Assembly (NCBI GenBank): GCA_964572255.1 | Contig: CAZNEE010000001.1 | Coordinates: forward strand, 66,223-130,222 | Source of the DNA: an uncultured Planctomycetia bacterium | GTDB lineage: Bacteria > Omnitrophota > Gorgyraeia > Tantalellales > Tantalellaceae | Length of the DNA: 64,000 nucleotides | Direction: 5' to 3' | Shown: piece by piece, positions 21,201-33,200 of the stretch | Layout: each line of letters begins with the position of its first letter | Position numbering within the stretch: the stretch's first letter is position 1 | Made by a program: the position numbers and the translations under genes | The notes under the pieces: generated by a model | Told to the model about the DNA's origin: nothing | What the model saw: the letters and a program-made list of their open reading frames with translations, nothing else | Databases searched by the model: none

Positions 21201-24200
21201 GCCGCAGCCGCGCTTGATAGATTGGGCGTTTTGACGCTGGAACACAAGATCACCAAATGGTCTGCCGACCTAAAAGATATTGATAAGAAAATTACTGTTT
21301 CAGAGATAAGAGAGTTTGATGAGATAAAAGATCCGGATGTAAGGGTAGATCTCCTCATAGCGGCTTTAATACGCGGAGATGGTCGCGAACAGGCGGAACA
21401 GTCGCTGAAAGAGATCAATGTAATGACGCCTGATATTTTGATAAAAAAGTTAAGCCATTACCTGGACAGCGGAAATGATATTTTCCGCAGAGGCGCCGCT
21501 AAAGAACTTATCAAGATAGAGGATCCGAAGGTTATTGACATTCTTGTTAAAATGATGGGCTCTAAAGATGAAGTCGTTCACGATCTAGCTGTCGAAAAGC
21601 TGATAGAGATAGAATGGCAGCCTAAGGGCCCGGAAGAAGAGGTCCTTTATATCGATTCTTTAGCTGAAGAATTAAAAGGTTATTGTACTCCTGAAGAACA
21701 GCAGCTTATTTTCACGGCTTTGCTTAAAATAGGCAGTAAAAAGGCGGTAAAGGCGATCATAGAAGCTTGCGGGAATGAAAAACAAGAAAGGTCTTTATAT
21801 GCAATTAGAGTGCTGGTAGCGATAGGCCCTCCCGCAGTCGATCCTCTTATAGAAGCTTTAGAATCGAAGAGCGAACGTATCCGTAAGATGGCTGCCAAGG
21901 CATTGGAGATCATAGGCGATAAACGCGCTGCGCCGGGTCTGATCAAAATGGCAAAGAAGGCGAAGGATGAGGAAGCTTATTGGGAAAGTATAGATGCGAT
22001 CAAAGCTTTGGGCGGGATCGGGGATGCAAGCGCTGTGGATTTTCTCACTTCTGTTGTGGAAAACAAGAAATTAGGACAAATTATGCGCACTGAAGCTGCC
22101 GAGGCATTGGGTAAGATCGGTGATCCTAAGGCTGTAGATGCTTTATTGAAGGCGAAGAACAGTAAGCATTATTCCCTAAGAATTGCAGCGATACTGGCTT
22201 TAGGCGAGATAGGAGATCCGAGGCCGGTAGAGGCGCTGATAAAGGAAGTCGGGAACACAAGCATGCAAAACCATTCATACGAAGCGATAGTAGCCCTTGG
22301 AAATATAGGCGACCCAAGGGCCGTAGAGCCTCTTTCAAAAATTTTAGACCCGGAAGTTTATCGTAGTTCTTATCAAAAAAAGGCTGCGTTCATATCCTTA
22401 ATGCAGATCGGCCGGCCCGCGGCTGAAATACTTGTTCCTGACTGGAAAAAGAGGTACGAATCTTTTCTGTATAACTTGCCCAGAGAGTTCAAAGAAGAAT
22501 TGGAGATGAAAAGGATAAAAGAGCTGGCGCTGAAGTTTTTAACGGGATCATTAAAAAATGAAAAGACAATAATGCGCAAAAACGCGGCAGAAGGTTTGGA
22601 TGATCTGGAATGGAAGCCCGCGACACAGGAAGAAAAAATAATATATTGCATCGCAAAAGAGGACTGGAAAGCTCTATCAGAAACCGGAGAAGCAGCCATC
22701 CCGCTTTTGGAGGAAGCTTTGAGGTATGAAGATCCGAGCATAAGCTCATCCATCGCGGAGATCCTGAAAAAGATGGAGTGGAAGCCGGAAGTACAGGAAG
22801 AGGAAATATATTATTTTATCGCGAAAACCGATGCTGATGCGCTTGCAAAAATAGGCGAACCCGCCGTTGAGGCGCTTGCAGAGCTTTTAGAGAGCGATTA
22901 TGTGAGTGCGCAGAATTTTGCGAAAAGGCTTTTAAAGCAGTTCGGTACAAAAGTATTATTAGAGCAATTAGAACAGGCTTACGCTGAAGGGGACAGGGAA
23001 AAAATCAACATGCTTGAGAGAAGGATCAATTTATATGATGAGGAAGCTCTTATTAAATGGAAGCGGGAGCGATTGGAGAAAGGCGCTCCTCCCTTCTGGA
23101 AATACCTTGCGGTAGCCGCAGGCATGTTCGTTTTTGTTTTATTAGGCGGAATGATCCTTGCCGTCGGAAAGGTTCTAAAGGCCAAAAAAGCCGAAAAAGA
23201 TAATTCTACCCACGCTTTCAGGGCTTTAAGCGGGTTTATTGCAGGCGGCGTAACTGCTTTGTTGGCCGGGGGAGTATTTAGAGCAGCGATCCTTACCTTT
23301 GGCATAGGAGGCCTGACATTTAATATTATCGGGGGGCTTGTTTTATCTATAGGAATTTATTCAGCCATAGCTGCAGTAAGGTATTTTTTCTTAAGTAAAG
23401 CTACTTATAATGCCATGCGCAAAGAAGGACTTTCTTTTAAAGACGCTCTTATTAAGCCCATAGCACAGTCTAACAGTAAGACTGGCGCTCTTATCGTTCA
23501 TAAAAAAGCGCATGATCTTCTCCCTGACAAATATAAAAAAGCAATTATTATGCATGAATCCTATAAAAGCCATTTTATAGGCATGCTCGCGATGCCGTTT
23601 TCACTCATTCATGATCTGTTAAACCAGCGTGTTGTAAGTGCGATCACCATGATCAATTTATATGCGATGGTGATTTATGAATTTATCGTATGGAACACAG
23701 TATCACAGCTCGGTTTGACGATCATTACCGCTGCATTAGCTATGAATATAGGGCTGCAAATTCTTGTCGGTATAAAGATGCTTATCGATAGAAATAAGAG
23801 CGGCCCTGATTTTGTGTCGTTGGTCTGGATAGCGATAAATTGCGGATTTATTCTTTTAAATTGCATAAATCCGGCGCTTTTATCTCCGGCAGTATTATTA
23901 ATATTCGTTATGGTCGCCGCACTTTCAGTTACTGCGGACATAGAGAAAAAGGCGGATCGAATAGATGCGCCGGTAGCTTTTTTTATTATGATGATCGGCT
24001 TTTTTGTAGTTTTTCTACTTGGTTACGGCAAGTTGAATATGGCCTTCATGGATACCCCGGAGATGCTGGACCATGCTGTTCATATTACTGATGATCAGAG
24101 CTCTCAAAATAAGAATTTTTACACTGTAAGAAGATGGGTGAGAAAATACTGGGCTGCTGAGATTCTTGCTAATAGAAAAGAAGAGGAAGTTGTTCCGGAA

Positions 24201-27200
24201 TTATTAAAGGAGATGAAAGGTGCGGATCAGCATGCAAGAGATATAATCTTTAAGGTCATTAAGAAAATAGACTGGGAACCCGGAACTGTTGAGGAAAAAA
24301 TCTCATATTATACCGCTAAGGGAGATATTGAAAAACTGGTCTCTTTAAGAGAACCGGCCATAGGGGCTTTGTTGGATATATTGGAGGATGGAACCATAGA
24401 GAATAAAGCCGCAGCCGAAGAGGCGCTTGGCAGGATCAAAGTTCCTAAAACGGTGAAGGTAAAAGCTGAAAAGGATGAGCCCACTGAAAAGGATCCCGAA
24501 CTTGCCGAAACTACCATCTCTGGAATTTGTCCTCCGGCTAAATCATTCTCGACGTTAATACAGGACTTAAAAAGTTATAAAGCAGGGACACGTTTGGATG
24601 CGGCTAAAGCTTTGGGGGATTTGGGGAATAGAGATGCCGTGCCCTATCTTATTGAGATGTTGCACTGGAAGATACCATATGAAAATGATCATTTAACGCC
24701 GGATTGGTCTCCGACTAAAGCTGACGTAAGAAAGAAAGCTTTAGAGGTCCGCTCAGCTGTAGTGGAAGCTTTGGGGAAACTCAAAGATCCGAGGGCTGTT
24801 GATCATATTTTAAGTATAGCGACAGAACGCAGTTCATCGCACGGCTATATCCTGACAGAAACGGCAGTTATTGCCCTGGGGAAAATAGGCTCGCCGAAAG
24901 CCGCAAAAAGTATTATAGAGACTTTGGCTGATTGGAGTTATAAAGATATATCAATCGAGGCTTTAGTCAATATAGGCAAGCCGGCAGTTCCTGATCTATT
25001 GGAAGGAATTAAGACTAAGGGCGAGCGCAGCAGCTATACTCGTGCTCGTGATTACAGTAAAAATATCCGTGCATTTTGCGCTGAAGCTTTAGGAAGAATA
25101 CAGGATGAAAGGGCCTTAAAGCCTCTTATAAAGGCTTTAAGGGATGGAGACAGACTTGTTCGAGAACATGCCGCTATTGGATTGGGATATTTAAAAGATA
25201 GCAAAGCTTTGCAGCCCCTCCTCAATGCCTTAAAAGACAAGGAAAGTGATGTCCGTTCCGCTGCGGCGATAGCTTTGGGAAGAATAGAGGATGAGCGCGC
25301 TTTCAATGCCTTGATAAAAGCTTATAAAACGGAGAATAAAGGATACGGCGAGGAAGAATCTCTTGTCAGGGCGATAGGACATTTTAATAATTTTCTGGCA
25401 ATAAATATTTTAGCGAGTCATGCGGAAGAAGGGACTTCTGATCTCAATAAGTTCATTTCAGAAAGATTAGTCGAAATAGGCGAGCCGGCTGTTAAGTTCT
25501 TGATAAGACGTATAAATTATGACGAAGCCAGAAATATATTAATCAAGATCGGTGATCCCGCGATAAAGCCCATTCTGGAAATCTTTAGAAATGGCGATCG
25601 CCAACAGCGCATTAGTGCATATACGGCTCTTAAGAGGATGGATAATCTTCCCAAAGGGCCGTTCATCGAAAAGCTCGGACATAAGGATCTTCTAATGCGT
25701 GAACAATCCATTGAGATATTGACCAAATTAGGATGGGAACCCGGCACTCAGGAAGAAAAGATCTATTATTATATTGCCAATAAGGATTATGACGCAGTGT
25801 CAAAAATAGGCGAACCCGCAGTGGATGTCCTTATTGAAGCTTTGGAATATGAAGATGTAGGGTCGAGAGAGAACGCTGCCAGGATTTTAGGAGAACTCGG
25901 CAGTAAAAGGGCCGTTTTACCTCTTGCCAATATTTTGGAAGATAAAGATCTTAGAAATGATGTTTCCGCAGCCTTGAGAAAGATCGTAAAGACATCTGAA
26001 GCTTTAGAGGAGTTGGAGGAAGCTTATAAAGTGGGAGACAGGGAAAGAATAGATGCTCTTGAGAAGATCCTGACGGAGATCGATAAACCTGCTCTAGTTA
26101 CATGGAAGCAGGAGAGGATGAAGAAACAAGTCCCAGCTTTTAAGAAATACCTCACCCTGGGCGGTATCAGCTTGCTTGTCCTGACTCTCTTAGGCGGAGT
26201 TATTGCTGCGATAAGAAAAGTCTCAAAAGTCAAAAAAACCAAAGCCGAAAAAGATGACTCCGGTCACGCTTTTAGGGCTTTAAGCGGAGTGGCAGCTTCG
26301 GGTATAGCTCTGCTGTTTACAGGAGGGGCTTTTGTAGGTGTTTTTTATGCATGGAGCGCCGGGGGATTGGTGCTTAATATCGCAGGAGGGGCTGCTTTAT
26401 CTTTCGGCATTTACCTGGCCGTAGTTTCAGCGAGGTATTTTTTCTTGGGTAGAGCCACTTATATTGCCATGCGCGATGAAAAACTATCCTTTAAAGACGC
26501 TCTCACTATACCCATAGCAACAGCTAACATATCCCGCCATCGCCACAAAGCATATGAAGGTCTTTCATATAAAAATAAAAAATTGATCGACCTGCACGAG
26601 TCTTACAAAAGCCATTTTATAGGCATGCTCGCTTTAATGTTTTCGTTCATTCCGGGCCTGGTAAGCTCCAAGGCAATTAACAGGCTTACAATGATATCCA
26701 TTCTTTCTATGACGGTTTATAAATTGTGCGTTTGGAATGCGGCTTCAGCGTTTGCTTCCGGCATAATAACGAATCTTTTGGTGGTGCATCTGGCTTGGCA
26801 GGTTTTAATTTTCATGAGAGTTATATTTGAGAAGTTTTTCGGGACAAGTTGGGGGTACTTGCACGAAGGCTCCGAGAGCTTTATATCGCTTTCCATGATA
26901 CTTGTAAACGGCGCTTTTCTTTATTTAGGTCTCCTGAACCCCGCGCTTTTATCCCCTGTTGTTCTATTTTTCGCTCTTGCCGTTCTTATGTATGCAAATG
27001 ACGATCATCAGTACAGAAGCAGCGTTATAGAATTTTCCTTTTTGCCGATCGTTCTTTTCTTGGTACTTGGCGTATCTTTATTTACCAAGGTAAAAATGGC
27101 TTCCATGGATACCGTTGAAGTGATGAAAACAGCGGTGCAAGTCAAAGACGTCAGGAATCCGCGCAATATGCGTTACATGATGAGAAGATACTGGGCCGCA

Positions 27201-30200
27201 GAGGTTTTAGCGAACAGAAAAAAGGAAGAAGTGATACCGCAGCTTGTCAGTGAACTGAACAATGAAAATATGGATATAAGAGAGATCGCCGCTGAAGCAC
27301 TTTATAAATTGAACTGGGAGCCCAAAAACGCCGAAGAGGAATTTCTGTATCATGTTGCCGGGAGAGATATTGAAAAATTATCCTCTTTAGGCAAGGCCGC
27401 CACCAAGCCCCTGTTGGACATTTTAAAAGAGGGGAATAGGGATGAAAAGATCGCCGCCGCAAAAGCTATCGGCAGAATTAAAGACCCCGAGACGGGCCCG
27501 GGACTCCTGGATGCTTTAAAAACCGCATCAAGCAAATATTACGGAGATCCGAAACTGGAAATAGTTTTGATCGAGGCTATAGGAAATATAAGATTCGGTA
27601 AAGCCGTACCGCTATTATTAAATGAGCTTAAAGAGGGAAATACTGCGGCAAGGAAGGCTCTTGTTAAAATAGGCGAACCCGCTGTAGAGCCTTTGGTGAA
27701 GATGCTCGAACATGAGAAAACAGTGTTTAAGCGGGAAAAGTATGAGGGAATATTAATAGAAATAGGCAAGCCGTCAGCAGCTGTTGAAAGACTTCTGGAA
27801 GGTGGATCTTTCCATAACCGTGAGTCAGCCGCGAAGATACTTTTCAAGATAGGGCTTTACACTAAAGAGCTCAGGATAAAACGCTGCAAAGCAGACCTTA
27901 AGGATGAAAACTGCAGCGATATCGCCAAGGCTAAAGCGGAGGAAGCGCTTCGTAAGCTTGGTGAAGTTCCGGAAGAAGGAAAGACATATAAAGATATATG
28001 GGATTCGGAAGAAGCTCGAAAAGAAAAGATCGGTAAGTTGATCAAAGATTTTGAAAGCAACGATGAGAAAAAGCAGTCCGCTGCTGTAAGAGAGCTGGTA
28101 AGAATAGGAAAACCCGCCGTTCTTGACCTGATCGAAGCTTTGCAGGAAAATTTTGCTCCTGTGGAACAGTCCGCGGCTAAAGCTCTTGCGGAAATAAAAG
28201 ACCCCAGAGCTATCCAGCCTTTATTTGATAAGATGGAGAATGACGATTTTGACGAGACGAGAATGGTTGCGGCCGAAGCGCTCAAACAGATGGGCTGGGA
28301 ACCTAAGACCGATCATGAAAAAGCCGTTTATTATATCGCGATCCAGGCCTGGGATAAATTAGTTGAAATAGGCCCGGCCGCTGTTCCAAAAATTATTCCG
28401 CGGCTTAAGGATGATTCACCGCGCGTAAGGATCAATATTATTAACACGTTAGGAAGGATCAAAGATCCGAGCGTCATTACGCGTCTTATCCAGTCATTAA
28501 GGGATGAACCTATAAATGAAAATGTTCAGTGGAATAAGGAGCATTACGCAGAGGTGTTGGGAGCGCTAAAAAGAGCATTAAAAGCTTTTGGTGAAGAGAT
28601 AGTTCCTCATCTTAAGAGGGAACTTAAAGAAGGCAATGGGAAAAGCAAAAAATGGTCTATAGATATCCTTGAAGATGCGGGAGCCTTAAGTAAAACCGAT
28701 CTTTTAGAGGCTTTAAAGGATGAACATTATTCCGTTCGGGAGTTTGCGGTACTGGCTTTAGGTCGGAGAAATGACCCCTCAGTTATCGATAGACTGATAG
28801 AGGTTTTTAATGCCGAAAAATTTGAGGTCAAGAAATTTTCAAAAAGCGGAGGTTTTGCTGTCAGGGAAGCGGTTGTCGTTGCTTTAAGCGATATCGGCGG
28901 GGAAAAGGCGGCCGGGTTTCTTATAAAGGCTTTAAAGGATAAAGACTGGGATGTACGCGAAAAGGCCGCAACGGGACTTGGAAAGCTGGAAGAAAAGAGA
29001 GCGGTCAGGCCTCTTATAACAGCTTTAAAGGATAGTAATGTTGATGTAAGGAAACAGGCAGCATGGGCATTGGGTCAAATAGGCGGTAAAGAGGCGATCA
29101 ATGCGCTTCTTGGTGCTTTAGAGGATGATGCTAAAGATGTTCGCGAGGCGGCAAAAGACGCTTTAAGAAAAATAGTGATCGCGGGAGAGAAGCTCAAAGA
29201 GCTCGAAGAAGCTTATAAGAAAGAAGACAGAGAAAAAATAACGGAGATCGAGGACATATTAAGTATCGTCAATAAAGACGCGCTTGAAGAGTGGAAACAA
29301 GATCGGATGAAAAAGGAATTTCCGAAGTTCGGTAAGTATTTAACTGTCGGCGGTATTATAGTTTTTCTTTTTGCCCTGATAAGCGCATTCGGGATCGCTG
29401 TATGGAAGACGATCAAAAAGCGCAAGAACCTTCTTCTAAGCATACTTCTTGCCGTTACATGCGCCGGAGCTTTTTATTATTTGAACGAAGCTTTTCAATT
29501 TGCTGATGAGGGCGGGATCTTTTCTTTGGCCGGTGCTCCTTTCTTTCCTGTCGGCGGGATCATAACGGAAGGCGGAATTGATCCGATCCTTGCTAAAGAA
29601 ATGACAAAGTTCCATAAGCTGATGGTGAAGTCCGCTAAGAAAAAGATAATAGGGCAGGACCTTCGCGCTCCTTACGAGTTTACCAGAAGGGACAGAAGAA
29701 GATGGGCGAATTTCATTAATAAATACAGAAGTGAGATGGGGATAACGAAGGCCTTCATTAAAGGGGCAAGGTATGTTTACGGCGACAGGATGCGCACTCC
29801 CGACGATGAAGAAAAATTCATAAAGATCTTTAAGTCTTTGGATCTTAAGGCTATTGCCGATGCTGACCCGGTGGATGTTGATCTTGAAGACCTTCTTAAG
29901 ACGGGGAATATAGAATATTTTACCGAACTTATAGGAAGCAACCCTGCGGCTTTATATTCTTTCTGCGTGAGGTCAGACGATGATGTCGTTAAAGAAATAA
30001 CGGATATGATTTCAAGCGAGGATATAGATGCCCAGAAAAAAGGCATCTTAAGCTGGGCGTTCCTGCCGGACGATGTTGCGGAATACCTTGTTGCTTATGG
30101 GTTACATTTTGATGACCACAGGCTGATCGAAGCCGCGGTCCGGGTAGCGGGAAGAAAAAAAATCTCTAATTTCAACTCTCAAATACTGAAGTTCTCCAGG

Positions 30201-33200
30201 AACGGAGATATGGAGCTGGCCGCATCATCTTTAGAGACTTTAGCGGAAACAGGTGACGCCGAGATCGCCAGTGAAGTATTTAAGGATCTCATGACATCCG
30301 GTGATCAGCTTTTTAAGATATTCAAAACAAGAGCCAGGGTAGTGGCGCTTCTGGGTCACGACAAGGATGAATACATCGAAAAGTTCCTGAGATCCCTTGA
30401 GAATTCTTTAGGCGCTAATTTCCCTCAGGAAGCAAGGGATGTTCTGGTGGACGCGATCGTGGAATTGGGCGGCAGAAAGATAGCGGAAAATAGCTTAATT
30501 GCCATACAGCATGCTGCAGCCGGCAGTGTCAGGTCTGATGTTAATAAAGTTCTTTTAAGACTAAAGCAGTCACAAGGGATGGGGAAGAACGATCATTTGC
30601 ATTTTGCCGATCAAGAGGTTGTTGAGCTGGGGAAAAAGCTAAAAGGGATCTCCAGAAGCATTTCATCAGGTTTCAGAAGAGCTTTAATTGAGAACTCAGC
30701 GCGTTATCAGGATTTTTCCGAGAATCCCGAGATCTTCTACAGGAACGGAAGATCATTACAGTTCATCGATACCAAACTGCCCATAAACGGGAGAGATGAA
30801 GATAAAGGCTTTGTCCCGGATGAATCCACGACCCGTATCGTACCTATATTAAGAACGGTGCAGGACCTTGAGAAGATAGCCCAGGCGGCAGAGATGGAAG
30901 ATCCTCTGCTTCTTGTGGGCGAAACGGGTGTAGGGAAAACAACACTTATAAGATACCTGGCAAGGCTCAGCAACAATAACGTCCGAAGGTTCAACCTGAA
31001 CGGCCAGACCGATAAATTCGAATTTATCGGCGGCTATAAACCCGAACAATATACCTTATCCAGGGATCAGGCTTACAACGTTGTTGAGGGCCTGTTGAAA
31101 AAGGAAACGGGTCACTCAAAAGAAGAGATCGTAAGAGCTGTCAGGATCATAAGCGGTCAGGATAAAACTTGCGAACAGGCCAAAGATATCCTGCGCCAGG
31201 CTTTTGAGAACAAAAATAGCGAAACGATTTCAGCTATCGCCGAAGCTGTGATGAACAAGTCATTTGAATTTAAGTGGCATTACGGCGTGTTGATAGAGGC
31301 CATGAGGAGAGGTCATTGGCTGATATTGGATGAGATAAACCTGGCCGAACCCGAGATCGTTGAAAGGATCAGGTATCTTTTGGACGCGCATTCCCATCTG
31401 AAACTAAGTGAATACAACAATGAGAACTGGATCGATTCACGTGATTATGATGAGATGGTCGCAAAATACATCAAAAAGCATGAAAGGTCCGGGAAAGACA
31501 AAGAAACGCTTACGAAAGAAATTGTTGAAGATCTCACCAGGCAAGGCATCCACAGGATCCATCCCAATTTCAGGCTTTTTGCCACTATGAACCCCTTCGG
31601 GTATGAAGGAAGAAAAGAGCTTTCTGCGGCGCTCATGAACAAGTTCAATGTTAAATACATAAAACAGTTCGAGCCGGATGATATTAAAGGTATCTTAAAG
31701 ACCAAGTATAATTTCAGTGAAGATCTTTTGGATAAGATCATAAGCATTCATTTTGGATTGACCGATGTATCGGGCGTAGGCGGAATGCTCGGCAGGAATG
31801 AGGGCATTACTTATTACTATACGATAAGACACGTCTTCAGATTGGCTGAGAGGTTGAAAAGGGATTCTGAGAATACAGGAGATACTGTTATAAAGGATTA
31901 TCTGCTTCAAAAAGAAATTATTGAAATTTACGGAGACGGACTAAGGACTGAGGATGATGAAAAGATATTCAGCAGCATTTTATATAAAGTTATACCTTCA
32001 TCCAGGTTCATGAAGAACGATACATCTAAGAAAGTAACGGATAACACCGAAGAAGGGACCGTTAGAATAGGCGATGTGGTTTTACCCGTAAATCCGGATG
32101 GAGGCAGTTTAGTCCCCGGTGAAGATTCAAAGCTTCTTCTTGTAAAGACGACAAGAGAATGGCTTGAGAAAATAGCAAAATGTATCCTGATGGATGAAAA
32201 ATCTCTTTTTATCGGACCTACAGGCGCCGCAAAGACCTCAATGCTTCGTTATATAGCTCACCTCACTAACAATGAGTTTATAAGGGTCAACCTTGATTCT
32301 TATGCCGACACGTCGGATCTGATAGGTAAGTACATACCCAAGGAAGACACGAAGGGCGAACTTAGATGGGAGGATGGCGTTCTTATCAAGGCCATGGAGA
32401 AAGGACAATGGATGCTTCTTGATGAATTCAATCTGGCCGATCCGGATATTCTGGAGAGGATAAATTCCCTTCTTGACGATGACGGGGCGCTTGTTGTTAC
32501 TGAACATAATCACGAAAGATGGGTGCCGCACGAAAAGTTCGACAGACTTAAAGCCGCGGGACACGATATGAGCGGCCTGAGAAGGATCCATCCCAATTTC
32601 AGGATATTCGCCGCGATGAACCCCGAAAGATATGCGGGAAGGAACAGGCTTTCAAGGGCGATGATGAACAAGTTCAATGAAAAATGGATCAGCGGTTACA
32701 TGAGTGAAGATGAAATAAAGCATATAGCATATTTTTACGCTACTGACGGATCTATCATGGAGGAAGAACCCCTGGAGGGAGAGATCGCGGATCAAGCATC
32801 AGCAATATTAAGCGCAGTTTATCTGCGGGTAAGAGAGATGCTTGAGAAGAACGAGCTGGGTAGAGGCAAGATAAGCGGGATAAACGCCGAAGAATATAAT
32901 TTCAGTCTCAGGGACCTTAAAGATTGGAGCAAATTTGTCAGAAAATTGCATGGTGAGATGGGGATAAACAGGGCGATAATCGAAGGAGCGCTGTACGTGT
33001 TCAGGGACAGGCTGGAAGGGATAGATGATAAAGGTATTTTCAGGGACGAAATTTTAAAGCGAATAATACAGATAGGCAACGGGCATGAAAGTGTGGATAT
33101 AGACAGATTAGATGTTCTCGAGGAAGAAGGAAAAAGCGCTGAAGAACTTATAACCGATGTCAAGGTCACGGACGATGATATGAATGTGCTCCAGAGGACC

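Noticed and set aside
29415-29480. Internal lipoprotein signal (KKRKNLLLSILLAVTC)
   Set aside because: AVTC is not a canonical lipobox. It may be a plain TM helix or a weak SPase I site.
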